A stretch of DNA of 64,000 nucleotides from Leptospiraceae bacterium (GTDB lineage Bacteria > Spirochaetota > Leptospiria > Leptospirales > Leptonemataceae): positions 64,001 through 128,000 of the forward strand of contig JAVJNR010000006.1 of NCBI GenBank assembly GCA_040217195.1, read 5' to 3'. Position numbers and translations under genes: made by a program. The notes under the pieces were generated by a model. It was not told the DNA's origin. It ran no database searches and saw only the letters and a program-made list of their open reading frames with translations. Numbering within the stretch: position 1 is the first letter of the stretch; each line of letters opens with the position of its first letter. This document shows, in pieces, positions 27,663 through 37,695 of this stretch.

Positions 27663-30308
27663 CTACCAGCTTACCCCGCTATCGTTGGATTTCGCAAATC
27701 GAATCTCATCGGTACTGTAGGTAGTATAGGCTACATATAGATCGGTGCCGGCGGCAACAATAGCCGTGGCCGTGCCGGTCTGGCCGGTGGTATCTATAAC
27801 TCGGAAGTTCCAGGAACCTCCATCGTCCGTGGAGTAAGCCAGTTTGAGTTCGAATGTAGTATTATCAAAGTATGTGATGTAAATATTGGTGCCGTCCAGA
27901 GCCAGGGAGCTGTAGTCCCCCACATCGCCGGTGGAATCCACACCCTGAGTGGCCCAGGTGCCTCCAGTATCTGTGGAGCTGGCAAGCATCAGGTCTCCCG
28001 GTACAGAATCGTAGTAGCTGAAGTGAGCACGGGTTCCGTCCATCTTGAGCGATGTGGGCTCCGGAAAGTTTCCGCCAGCGGCTACCACCACTGGCGCATC
28101 CCAGGCACCTCCATCGTCCGTGCTTCGAACGAATTCCCATTGATCATTTACATTGTCGAAATAGGAGATACCCACCACCGGGGGGCCTCCGCTGGCTTTA
28201 TCCAGGGAGATTCCGCCGGCAAAATCAGTACCTGCAATATCTACCGGCGGATTCCAGGAAGCCCCGGAATCCGTGGACTGAGTATAGCTGATTCTCTGCG
28301 TTGTTGCATTTCTGTAGGCCAGATGGAGGGTAGCGCCATCCTTATCCAGGGAGGCCCAATCGCCAACATCGGATCCGCCGCCGTCCACTGTCTGAAGCGA
28401 GAAGCTGGCTCCTCCGTCCGTGGAAATGGCCATCTTCACGTCGCGATTTGTGAAATCATAATAGGCGATATAGATGCCGCTACCGTCCACCACCATGGAA
28501 TTGAACTGACCTACGTTGCCCAGGTTGTCCACAGTGCTCAAAGTCCAGGTCACTCCGCCATCGGTGGATCGAGCGAACTTCAGGGTATCGGTGGCATCAT
28601 CGTAGTAGGCGATGTAGACATTGGATCCATCCACTCCAATGGAATTGTAGTAAAAGCTGGCTCCGGTCACTGTATCCACTGTAAGGGTTCCATGTCCGGC
28701 ATCGGTTATGGATACAGCAATATTTGAAATTGTGAGCGGATTGTAGTTCGTATCGGCACTGGAGACAGAATGGGAGATACTACCGTTATGCGGTGCCTCC
28801 AGCAATGAGTCGTCCAGGCCGCTGATGGTCACAGTCTGGGCTATGTTCCAGGTTCCTGCAGTGAATGTAAAGGTGCAACTTGTAGCCGGCGCTCCACAAC
28901 TACCGCCGTTTACCCTGGTCTGCGCATCTGCATTGACGGTTATGGTTACGTTTCCGGTGGGCTCGCTCGTAAGCACCAGTGTATAAGTATCTGTGGCTCC
29001 CCCTTCTGTTACATCGGTACTGCCACTGCTTTGCGTTACCGTGATTCCTGCTGAATCATCATCGGTTATGGATGTATTGATGCTGGCCAGAGCATAGCCG
29101 TTATAATCCGGATCCCCGCTGGTTACCGAATGACTGATGGTGGCACTATGGGGGCCTTCGACCAGGGCATCGTCCACGGGCGAAACGGTGACCATTTGTC
29201 CTGTACTCCAGTTGGCGGCGGTAAAGGAAAATGTGCAGCTCGCTGCAGGTGCGCCGCAGCTACCTCCGGTTATCAAGGTCTGTGCATCGGCATTTACTGT
29301 GATGGTAACGCCTGCCGTGGGCTCACTTGTAAGCACCAGACCATAGGTATCTGTGGTGGAACCTTCCGTTACCGCAGTATTTCCGCCGCTTTCCGTGGCG
29401 GTAATCCCTGCGGAGTCATTGTCGGTGATAGACATGCTAACGGCTGTGGCTGGCAGGCTATTATAATCCGTATCCAGACTGGTTACCGCATGAGTTATTG
29501 TGCCGGTGTGTGGACCTTCGGAAAGTGCATCATCTATGGCTGTAATGGTAACTGTTTGCGGTGTGGACCAGCACTGAGCCCCGGGGCAGGTCCCATCGAA
29601 CGTTAGAGTTGCTGAGGCACCGCCATTCACCTGGGTCTGTAGATCCGCCGTTGCCGTAACGGTTACAGGTGAACCGGGCGCACTGGTGAGCGCTACAGTG
29701 TATGTGTCTGTTCCTCCCTCGGTGGCATTGGTACTGCCGCCGGATTCAACCACGGAAACCCCCGGCGAATCGTTGTCCGTTATGGAGACGTTCAGACTAT
29801 CAATCGTTATTCCCGAGTAATCTCCGTCAGTGCTGGTGGCCGTGTGGCTTATTGTGCTGGTATGTGGATTGGCCTCAATAGAGGCATCGTCCACGGCCGC
29901 GATAGTGAAGGTTTGTGCACTGCTCCAGCAATTGGCACCGGGACAGGTAGAATCAAAGGAAATGGTCATGGGAGAGGCAGTGGTCCCGTTTACGGTGATC
30001 TGTGTGCCATCGAAGATTATGTCTATTGAGACCGGGCTCGCCGGCTCGGTGTTCAGCTCAATGGTATAGGTGTCCGTGGCTCCGGCTTCCACCACATTTA
30101 TGGCACCTCCGTTGGGCGTTACAATGACAGCCGGAGTTCCCGGGGCCACATCGCAGTTCTGGCAACTCAGAAGCAAAGATTCCAGGGCCCTGTCCACGGC
30201 AGGATCGTCAGGAAAGGAATTGATACCACAGGCCGGCAGGAATGCCAGCAATGTACAGAAGTACCACTTGTTCGGTATTCTGCTCCAGGATTTTGGAGGT
30301 AAGGTCAC
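27663..30308 (-). CDS. Large surface lipoprotein: four Calx-beta/Ig-like repeats plus a BNR/Asp-box beta-propeller
   Basis: Lipobox LPAC. Four ~120-aa repeats (E.G.TDTY..L...P...W...Q...DD...E.PH...ITD.D) and seven S.D.G..W/F Asp boxes. Confidence 0.85.
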   Translation of the reverse strand: MTLPPKSWSRIPNKWYFCTLLAFLPACGINSFPDDPAVDRALESLLLSCQNCDVAPGTPAVIVTPNGGAINVVEAGATDTYTIELNTEPASPVSIDIIFDGTQITVNGTTASPMTISFDSTCPGANCWSSAQTFTIAAVDDASIEANPHTSTISHTATSTDGDYSGITIDSLNVSITDNDSPGVSVVESGGSTNATEGGTDTYTVALTSAPGSPVTVTATADLQTQVNGGASATLTFDGTCPGAQCWSTPQTVTITAIDDALSEGPHTGTITHAVTSLDTDYNSLPATAVSMSITDNDSAGITATESGGNTAVTEGSTTDTYGLVLTSEPTAGVTITVNADAQTLITGGSCGAPAASCTFSFTAANWSTGQMVTVSPVDDALVEGPHSATISHSVTSGDPDYNGYALASINTSITDDDSAGITVTQSSGSTDVTEGGATDTYTLVLTSEPTGNVTITVNADAQTRVNGGSCGAPATSCTFTFTAGTWNIAQTVTISGLDDSLLEAPHNGSISHSVSSADTNYNPLTISNIAVSITDAGHGTLTVDTVTGASFYYNSIGVDGSNVYIAYYDDATDTLKFARSTDGGVTWTLSTVDNLGNVGQFNSMVVDGSGIYIAYYDFTNRDVKMAISTDGGASFSLQTVDGGGSDVGDWASLDKDGATLHLAYRNATTQRISYTQSTDSGASWNPPVDIAGTDFAGGISLDKASGGPPVVGISYFDNVNDQWEFVRSTDDGGAWDAPVVVAAGGNFPEPTSLKMDGTRAHFSYYDSVPGDLMLASSTDTGGTWATQGVDSTGDVGDYSSLALDGTNIYITYFDNTTFELKLAYSTDDGGSWNFRVIDTTGQTGTATAIVAAGTDLYVAYTTYSTDEIRFAKSNDSGVSW

Positions 30309-30599
30309 AATACTATGATAGTAAAACCGATCTGATCATGTAAATTGCATATTTTTTAATCCGGTAGATTTGTGCTGCTTTGTTCGCCAGTTCCTGCATG
30401 CTCCCGGGCCAACGTCTGGCTACGGCAGCGTTGGGTGCTTTCCAGGTAATTAGCAGTAAAGCTGGCCGGTTAGTTTTTGCATGGATTAAATCCTGGAGCA
30501 AACTGTGGTGGGCAGGTTTCGCACTGCCCTTTGGCGCTCAGGATCGTGGCAGAACCTGGAAACGGACTGGATCTGCCCGAATTCAGTAGGCAAGCCCAA

Positions 30600-31415
30600 T
30601 CAGAAATCTATCGGGCGATAGTTTCCAAATCTATTCTTGAAATCTCCCGGAATAAATCGAAACGGCTGCACTATATGCATTTTCGAGCTCAGTACCTCTT
30701 TCTCGCCATTGAAGACCAGCAACTGAGCGGTTTCCTTTTCAAATACGTATAAATACGATCCGGATTTGAATTCATAGGTATGGAATCGCATGGTACCCAG
30801 AACATCAAGGCTCCCTCCTTCAATGATCAGTTCTGGTTTTTGACTTTGTTTATTGTCTGCTGGCCACGCAGTATAGCGATAGCCACTCTTTGTACCATCA
30901 ATTCTTATTATTCTGCGATTATCGCGTGCGATTAGAACAGGTTGCAATAATTCTTTCAATGATGAGTGCAATTGACGTTTTTCCTCTTCGATAAGGTGTG
31001 CCTGCAATTTCGATTCAAATTCGCTCTGGTTATTGATCACATACAAATATCCATCATAATGGGCCCAGATAACCCCCTGGTTCAGCATGATCCCTCGCCA
31101 GCCCACCGCACTCCAATTCTTATTGATACTGGAGCTTGCTATTTCGTTGATCAATTCTCGATCAAAAACATGCTCAAACCTCTGAAGCATTTCGCCTGCA
31201 TTTTGGACCGGGGGGATGGGATAATGGCGACGCAACGGATAATGGATGAGTCCAGCCATGGTCCGCCTATCATTCTTGCGGGCTGCATGGATAAACTGGC
31301 TTAGTACTTTCGCATTTTCATTCGCAATCGCGTAATCAGGAAATTCCTCACCAGTCAGGCTAATGCTACCTGATACAATGGTCAAAATTAGTATTGATAA
31401 CAGCTGCTTTCTCAT
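30600..31415 (-). CDS. Secreted hypothetical protein
   Basis: Signal peptide, YPLRR.YPIP and W..VGWRGIML..G.IW. SD upstream. Confidence 0.7.
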   Translation of the reverse strand: MRKQLLSILILTIVSGSISLTGEEFPDYAIANENAKVLSQFIHAARKNDRRTMAGLIHYPLRRHYPIPPVQNAGEMLQRFEHVFDRELINEIASSSINKNWSAVGWRGIMLNQGVIWAHYDGYLYVINNQSEFESKLQAHLIEEEKRQLHSSLKELLQPVLIARDNRRIIRIDGTKSGYRYTAWPADNKQSQKPELIIEGGSLDVLGTMRFHTYEFKSGSYLYVFEKETAQLLVFNGEKEVLSSKMHIVQPFRFIPGDFKNRFGNYRPIDF

Positions 31416-31477
31416 TTCTCATCCCCCTCCACCGGGTTTGCATTGACGTTTGCTGAAAGCCAGATAAATTTCGGTGG

Positions 31478-32329
31478 ATGTACTGTAAAAAATTCGGGCT
31501 ACTCTTCCTACTTTCATCAGTGTTCTGGCCATTGTTCGCCTGTCAGCCAGAACCCTGGAAAATCCCATCCGAACTAGAAATAGAAAGCGAATACCTGACT
31601 GTCGAGCAGGCATCTGTGGCACTCTTTGGTAGCTACGACAAGGAAAATCAAGAATCAACCTGGAACATGAGAAAAGACAGAGATTTTTTTGATCGGATCA
31701 AGGGTCATGAGCTGACAGTGGCCCCTGATCAAGATATTATTCTCACAACTCAGTATCGCAGTGCTGATGTTAGCCGGAAGCACTCCGTAGCTTTACTGTA
31801 TACCACTTCATTTGGTATCATGGATACGATAGAAAATAGTCAAGCTTACGGAATTGTCAGTGTTTTGGATTCTCAGAAGTCAGAGTCCACATGGAAGCTC
31901 ATTCAACAGTCACACATCATCATCGAATTGGCTCACCTTCACTATGAAAGGCTTGATAATTGGGATGAAGTTGGGAAGCTAGAAATCGGTAAAGACAACG
32001 TGGCATTCCATATTTACACACCTGGAGGAGGAATCGCTGGTGTGCACCACGGACATTCGCACTTAATTGCTAAAGTGGGTCAAACTTATAGAAATGTTTT
32101 TACTTATGCGAAGAACGATTCGTACTGTCCTTACTCCGATGGTCACGATCTCGTGTCTGACCAATCATGTGCGGGCATGGAAGCTTCTATAGAAGTTTTG
32201 AGCTGTAACCGGCAACTGTGCCCAATCGAACTTACCGTCGACGGTAGTATGGCTCCAAACCTGGGAAAGGAAGAGTTCGCTCCAGGTGTTTATAGATTTG
32301 ATGGGAAGGAATATGTTAGGCAGCCTTGA
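31478..32329 (+). CDS. Hypothetical lipoprotein
   Basis: 283-aa ORF with signal peptide and LFAC lipobox, ending in YRFDGKEY. Confidence 0.7.
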   Translation: MYCKKFGLLFLLSSVFWPLFACQPEPWKIPSELEIESEYLTVEQASVALFGSYDKENQESTWNMRKDRDFFDRIKGHELTVAPDQDIILTTQYRSADVSRKHSVALLYTTSFGIMDTIENSQAYGIVSVLDSQKSESTWKLIQQSHIIIELAHLHYERLDNWDEVGKLEIGKDNVAFHIYTPGGGIAGVHHGHSHLIAKVGQTYRNVFTYAKNDSYCPYSDGHDLVSDQSCAGMEASIEVLSCNRQLCPIELTVDGSMAPNLGKEEFAPGVYRFDGKEYVRQP

Positions 32330-32621
32330 CACAAGCATTATTGATAGGGCAGGGCAACCGTCCAGGGCTTTGCTCACATTGGCCGACGTTGTTTCTACTA
32401 CCGCCGTTCCGTTCGCAGGACGTTGTTCTTTGTTTGGCTTCAAGACTCAGTCGATGGGCTCTCCAGTGCCACCGCTACGGCTCGCGGTGGTGCAGACAAT
32501 TCGAATGGTCCACCGGATGGCTTGTTTGCATTCGAACTACATTGGGAATCCAGATCGGAAAGGCCCGCTGTCAGAGTCCCAATGGTCGGAGAAATACTGA
32601 ATGCGAATAGGTATTTGAGCT

Positions 32622-33359
32622 CTACCGCAACCCGTAGTACAGATTCACGATGATGCCTTTTACCATCTTCTCCATTTCTTCGCCGGTTTCCTGTGCCTGC
32701 CCGTGCTCCGCTGCAACCTGGCGCCTGCTGTTTGCTTTTTTGGCCCTTCTGTTTTTTCCGTCGGCACCGTCTTTCTGTGCGGCACTTTTCCTTTGTTTTG
32801 CATTCATGGCAGGCGCAGGAAACTGACCATCCAGAAGCAACATGGAAAGTCCGTGCACAATGGACCAGGCGGCCAGGGTTTTTTGTTTCGCATCGCCCTC
32901 AGCTATTAGACCGGCTCTCTGACAGAGCCTTACGCTCATTAACAGTTCCCGGTACGATTTTCGGGAGGCGGAGGCCAACGCCGGATAATCTTTAAAACTT
33001 AGCCCGGCGCCACCATACATGATCCTGGAGTACTCAGGGTTTTCCAGGGCAAACTTTACGTAGGTCCAGCCAAGGTTAAGGAACCGTAGGTTAGGATCTG
33101 TGCCCGAGATAGCGATGGCTTCGGATTGGTACGCATGCAGTCGATGGAATCCATCTCTGGCAATGGCGGCCAGAAGTGCATTCTTATCGTCGTAGTGGCG
33201 GTAGGCGGCCGTATGGCTCACACCGGCAGCACGGGCCACCTTTCGCAGACTCAGATCATGCAGTCCTTCTTTGCGCAAAAGGCGGGTGCCTTCTTCCACT
33301 AGAAGCTTGTCCAGATTGCCTACGTGGTATTCCCTTTGAGCGGGGGAGGATCGGGACAT
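32622..33359 (-). CDS. TetR family regulator (WHG-type C-terminus)
   Basis: YHVGNL, LSLRKVARAAGVSHTAAYRHY and AWSIVHGLS. Confidence 0.9.
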   Translation of the reverse strand: MSRSSPAQREYHVGNLDKLLVEEGTRLLRKEGLHDLSLRKVARAAGVSHTAAYRHYDDKNALLAAIARDGFHRLHAYQSEAIAISGTDPNLRFLNLGWTYVKFALENPEYSRIMYGGAGLSFKDYPALASASRKSYRELLMSVRLCQRAGLIAEGDAKQKTLAAWSIVHGLSMLLLDGQFPAPAMNAKQRKSAAQKDGADGKNRRAKKANSRRQVAAEHGQAQETGEEMEKMVKGIIVNLYYGLR

Positions 33360-33397
33360 GGCCCATTCTAGCGGCCGCTTCACAGGATGCAATAAAA

Positions 33398-33459
33398 ATG
33401 TCACCAGTGGAAACTTTTGATTGACGGAATCTGGGCGCAGATGTTACCAATGGTGACAT
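33398..33459. promoter_or_regulatory. Two related 19-bp operator palindromes flanking a TTGACG -35 box
   Basis: ATGTCACCA-G-TGGAAACTT (33398-33416) and ATGTTACCA-A-TGGTGACAT (33441-33459). The second overlaps the ATG at 33458. Confidence 0.65.
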
Positions 33460-35074
33460 GAAGGGATCTGAAGAGAAAAACTACGACATAATCATCATTG
33501 GCTCCGGAATGGGGGCTCTGGCCACCGGAAGTATCATGGCTCAGTTTCGTAATAAGCGAGTTCTGATGCTGGAAAGGCACTATGTAATGGGCGGATTTAC
33601 CCATGAATTCGGCCGCAAAAGAAAATACTCCTGGGATGTAGGGATTCATTACGTGGGCGATATGTATGAAGGAGCCATGCTTCGTCGATTGTTCGACATA
33701 GTTACTAAATCAGGCGTGAAGTGGAACCCGATGCCGGATGTATTCGAAAAGTTCGTCTATCCTGATTTTACCTTCGAAGTGCCCATCTCGGAAGAAGATT
33801 ACCGCACCAAGATTATAGATATGTTTCCAGAAGAGAAAGAAGCCATTGAGGCCTATTTTGACGATGTGCACAAGGTGAATCAATGGTTCGGCCGTCATAA
33901 TATGAAATCTTCAGAACCCTACGTAGACAAGGTGCGAGCCGGTATTCAGATTCAGGGGTTCGATACTGCGGACATTACTACCGGGCAGTATATGGAAAAG
34001 AACTTCAAAAGCGAAAAGCTTCGAGCATTGCTTTGTTCTCAATGGGGCGACTACGGAATACCACCGGCCCAGAGCTCCTTTGTGATTCATTGCAGCGTGG
34101 CCTGTCACTATTTCAAGGGAGGCTACTTTCCTGTGGGTGGTTCGGGAACCATTGCAGAGAGTGTTAAGCCTATAATAGAAGAAAATGGAGGATGTGTACT
34201 TCTTTCGCATGAAGTGGAGGAAATCCTGGTCGAGGATGGCAAAGCTTGTGGTGTAAGAGTTAAGAATCTGGTTCCGCGAAAAGAAGATGATCCGGTTACA
34301 GAATACTATGCTCCTGTAGTAATCTCAAACGCCGGAGCTTACACTACCTACAACAAATTACTGGACGCTTCTATTCCGGTTCCGTTTCGTAAGCAGCTAA
34401 ACGACTTCTATCAGAATCACCCGGTGGTGGCCAATGTAACCCTGTATCTGGGACTAAAAGAGGATCCTCGTAAGATGGGCTTCTATGGAGAAAATCACTG
34501 GATCTATTCTAGCTACGATCACGATGCAAATTTCGCAGCCGGACAGAACTGGGTAGGGGATCAGAAGGAAATCCTGGGAGCCTATCTTTCCTTTCCTTCG
34601 CTAAAGAATCCAGAAGCTAAGAGTCATACTGCGGAGATTATTGGACTTACCGATTTTTCTTCCTTTCAATCCTGGGATGACACCTCCTGGAAAAAAAGAG
34701 GTGATGACTATGAAGCTTTGAAAGAGGAGATTACCAGCAAACTTCTGGCCTTCATTGATAGTCACTATCCGGGATTTTCTGCCACCATCGATTATCAGGA
34801 GCTGTCCACTCCACTTTCCGTAAAGCATTTCACAGGACATCCCCAGGGCTCTATATATGGCGTGCCAGCCGTCCGTGAGCGATTCTTGTCCAGTGAAGCT
34901 CCCTGGTGCCAGGCGCACACTCCTGTGGAGGGGCTTTACTTAACTGGTGCGGATGTTAGCTCCCCCGGAATTGCCGGAGCCTTGATGGGTGCCATGGCCA
35001 CTGTAGGCGTGCTTCCAGAGGGTCTGAGTTTCATTCGACTATTGAAAGCAGCGAACGATGCGGTGCCTGCATAA
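33458..35074 (+). CDS. Phytoene desaturase / retinol-saturase-like FAD oxidoreductase
   Basis: IIGSGMGAL, ERHY.MGGFTHEF, WDVGIHYVG, GGYFPVGGS, STPLS, G.IYG and LYLTGAD. Confidence 0.88.
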   Translation: MKGSEEKNYDIIIIGSGMGALATGSIMAQFRNKRVLMLERHYVMGGFTHEFGRKRKYSWDVGIHYVGDMYEGAMLRRLFDIVTKSGVKWNPMPDVFEKFVYPDFTFEVPISEEDYRTKIIDMFPEEKEAIEAYFDDVHKVNQWFGRHNMKSSEPYVDKVRAGIQIQGFDTADITTGQYMEKNFKSEKLRALLCSQWGDYGIPPAQSSFVIHCSVACHYFKGGYFPVGGSGTIAESVKPIIEENGGCVLLSHEVEEILVEDGKACGVRVKNLVPRKEDDPVTEYYAPVVISNAGAYTTYNKLLDASIPVPFRKQLNDFYQNHPVVANVTLYLGLKEDPRKMGFYGENHWIYSSYDHDANFAAGQNWVGDQKEILGAYLSFPSLKNPEAKSHTAEIIGLTDFSSFQSWDDTSWKKRGDDYEALKEEITSKLLAFIDSHYPGFSATIDYQELSTPLSVKHFTGHPQGSIYGVPAVRERFLSSEAPWCQAHTPVEGLYLTGADVSSPGIAGALMGAMATVGVLPEGLSFIRLLKAANDAVPA

Positions 35075-35125
35075 AAAATCAATTCGTATACTTGCCATGT
35101 ACAAAGCGGAAGAGCCAATAGTTCT

Positions 35126-36136
35126 ATGAGTTCTACAAATACACAGATTAAGTTAGCAGCCCGGCCCACTGGAATGCCAGGTCCGGATTGCTGGAAATTG
35201 GATACGGCGGATCGACCTTCTGCTGGGGAAGGAGAGGTTTTGCTCCAAATTCTTCAGATTTCTCTGGATCCGGCCATGCGTGGATGGATGAATGAGGCCA
35301 GATCCTACGTCCCTCCAGTTCGAATTAACCAGGTCATGCGCGCACTGACTCTCAGTCGAGTGGTGGAGTCCAATGCTCCAGAATTCAAGGTAGGTGATCT
35401 GGTGACTGGTTCCCAGGGAGTACAGGAATTCGCAGTGGCCAAGCCCGCGGATTTGACAAAGGTGGATTCCAGCATTGCTGATCCGTCCCGGTATCTAAGC
35501 GTTCTGGGTATGACCGGAATGACAGCTTATTTTGGTCTGTTCGACGTTGGTCAGCCGAAGCCGGACGATGTAGTGGTTGTTTCCGGAGCAGCAGGCGCTG
35601 TGGGGCAGATTGTAGGTCAGCTGGCTAAGATCCATGGATGCAAAACCATTGGGATTGCTGGCGGCGAAGAAAAATGCAAATTCCTTACGGATGAAATCGG
35701 ATTCGACCATTCCATCGATTACAAATCCCAGAATGTGGCCAAAGAAATTCGCCGTTATGCGAAAAAGGGCCTGGATGTCTATTTCGATAACGTTGGCGGC
35801 GAAATTCTGGAAGCAGCTCTATTCAATCTGAATCGCGGCGCTCGAATTGTCATTTGTGGTGCCATCTCCCAGTATAATACTACGGATGTGCAAGGACCTC
35901 GAAACTACCTTTCACTGCTAGTGAACCGAGCGCGAATGGAAGGTATGGTTGTATTTGATTATGCCGATCGTTACGGCGAAGCCGTACAGAAGATGGCCGG
36001 CTGGTTAAAAGAAGGCAAATTGAAGTCCAGAGAAGATATAGTAAAAGGTAAGGTTGCGGATTTTCCGGATACATTTCTAAAACTATTCTCAGGCGCGAAC
36101 CTGGGAAAGCTGATTCTAGAAATCGAAAGTCTTTAG
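35126..36136 (+). CDS. NADP-dependent oxidoreductase (CurA/PTGR, MDR family)
   Basis: SLDPAMRGWM, GMTGMTAYFGL, VSGAAGAVG, GIAGG and YFDNVGG. Confidence 0.92.
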   Translation: MSSTNTQIKLAARPTGMPGPDCWKLDTADRPSAGEGEVLLQILQISLDPAMRGWMNEARSYVPPVRINQVMRALTLSRVVESNAPEFKVGDLVTGSQGVQEFAVAKPADLTKVDSSIADPSRYLSVLGMTGMTAYFGLFDVGQPKPDDVVVVSGAAGAVGQIVGQLAKIHGCKTIGIAGGEEKCKFLTDEIGFDHSIDYKSQNVAKEIRRYAKKGLDVYFDNVGGEILEAALFNLNRGARIVICGAISQYNTTDVQGPRNYLSLLVNRARMEGMVVFDYADRYGEAVQKMAGWLKEGKLKSREDIVKGKVADFPDTFLKLFSGANLGKLILEIESL

Positions 36137-36387
36137 CCCAGGATCATCTGCGGAAGCAGGTTCTGCACATCATGGCCGATCGCCTGAAGCGAAGGCCATG
36201 GTGTGTCTCTGTCTGACGGAGATTTAACCTTCTCTTATTCTTACCTAATTCCACGGCCTGTTCATGGCCTGGAAGTCCTGCCCTGAAGCCGCGGAACTCT
36301 ATTTGTCCTCCAACATCGCTTTTTCCATGAGCGTATTTTAACCACAGTGAAGGTAGCCATTGATCCGAAGGAAACTCAATTCTTGGC

Positions 36388-36440
36388 TTGACATCTCCTG
36401 GGGTTTTCCCTATCATTAGAAAAAATCCTAATGATAGGGA
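36388..36440 (+). promoter_or_regulatory. Sigma-70 promoter with a 13-bp perfect inverted-repeat operator
   Basis: TTGACA (36388-93)-N17-TATCAT (36411-16). TCCCTATCATTAG-N8-CTAATGATAGGGA (36407-36440) covers the -10 and the predicted start site. Confidence 0.75.
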
Positions 36441-36478
36441 GGGGCCCGGAAATCCTGTTTCTCTCTGAGAGGAGTCGT

Positions 36479-37693
36479 ATGAAACGCCTATCGCGGTTGA
36501 TTGCCCGATTTTGCTCGCGGATCGTAGCTTGGTGGAACGCCTTATGGTTTGCCGTGCCCCATGTCCAGCGTTGGAATCCTGCGGTAGGCAGGAAAGAGGA
36601 CCTTCAAAAACTGCTCGATGAAGTGCGGCAGGAAACTGGAATGCCCGGGGTTACAGTAGCTCTCGTGCACGGCGATTTAATAGTTTCGGCCGCCTCAGGC
36701 GAACTGGTGCTGGGGGAAGGCTCCGAGTTGCGCACGGATCATAGATTACATATTGGATCTGTCACCAAGGGGTTCACTGCATTGTTAATTGCGCATATGC
36801 TAGATCGTGGTGAGCTATCTCTGGAATCGACCATGGGTGAATTGTTACCCGAAATGGATTTGCATCCGAATTTCCGGCTGGTAACAATTCATCAGCTGCT
36901 AGTAAATCAGGCTGGATTGATTGGATATCATAATTCAGAAGCGGAAACGGTGGAGGATCTTGCATTTCTCGAAAAGGAGTTGCCCAAAATGAATCTGTCC
37001 CCCGGCGAGGAAAGGGAGTCCATTGCCCGCTACTTCTTAAATCGAGCCCCGTTTTATGAGCCTGGCAGACGCGCGCTGTATTCCAATGTGGGCTGGTCCC
37101 TGCTGGGTTTCATCGCAGAAAGGATGTCGGGCGAAAGCTTTGAATCCCTGTTACGCAAGCGGATCCTTCAGCCCCTGGAAATGGCTGATGTGGGAATAGG
37201 TGGATGGCCGGCTTCAACCTCAGATCCCGAACAGCCCCGGGGGCACTATACGGAAGGGAATGGGTACCGCCCACAACCGCTGGATGATCCTTATCGACTA
37301 CAGGCATGGTTGAATCCTGCTGGTGGTTTGCATATGACCGTGCAAGACCTTGCTCTCTATGCCCGGGATACGCTACGGGGACTCAGGGGCGAAAAAGCAC
37401 TATTGGCGAAAAGGAACTACAATCTAATTCACTCGGTACAGCTCGCAGTGCCGGTACGAGAGCTGTATCCTGGGATGAGTAGCTCGGCAACTTTAAGAAT
37501 GGGCTACGGATGGGCTCTTCTTGAGACCAATCGCGGTACCATAAGCGCGGGGGAAGGAAGTGCCGGAACGTTTTTTGCCAGCACCATGGTCTTTCCCTAT
37601 TTGAATGTTGCGGTGGTTTCTATAACGAACTGCGGCGATCGTAAGGCTTCAGTTCAACTGATCAAGAAGCTGACTGGTATCCGCTGGGGATAA
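36479..37693 (+). CDS. Serine hydrolase, beta-lactamase/class C-like family
   Basis: IGSVTK (SxxK), YSNVGW and PAGGL. Confidence 0.88.
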   Translation: MKRLSRLIARFCSRIVAWWNALWFAVPHVQRWNPAVGRKEDLQKLLDEVRQETGMPGVTVALVHGDLIVSAASGELVLGEGSELRTDHRLHIGSVTKGFTALLIAHMLDRGELSLESTMGELLPEMDLHPNFRLVTIHQLLVNQAGLIGYHNSEAETVEDLAFLEKELPKMNLSPGEERESIARYFLNRAPFYEPGRRALYSNVGWSLLGFIAERMSGESFESLLRKRILQPLEMADVGIGGWPASTSDPEQPRGHYTEGNGYRPQPLDDPYRLQAWLNPAGGLHMTVQDLALYARDTLRGLRGEKALLAKRNYNLIHSVQLAVPVRELYPGMSSSATLRMGYGWALLETNRGTISAGEGSAGTFFASTMVFPYLNVAVVSITNCGDRKASVQLIKKLTGIRWG

Positions 37694-37695
37694 GC

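Noticed and set aside
24846..32600. Intact prophage or integrative island at ssrA
   Set aside because: No integrase, phage or transfer genes, and I saw no distal att copy beyond 25316.
36144..36416. 90-aa minus-strand ORF
   Set aside because: No recognisable motif, and it overlaps a clear plus-strand promoter and operator.
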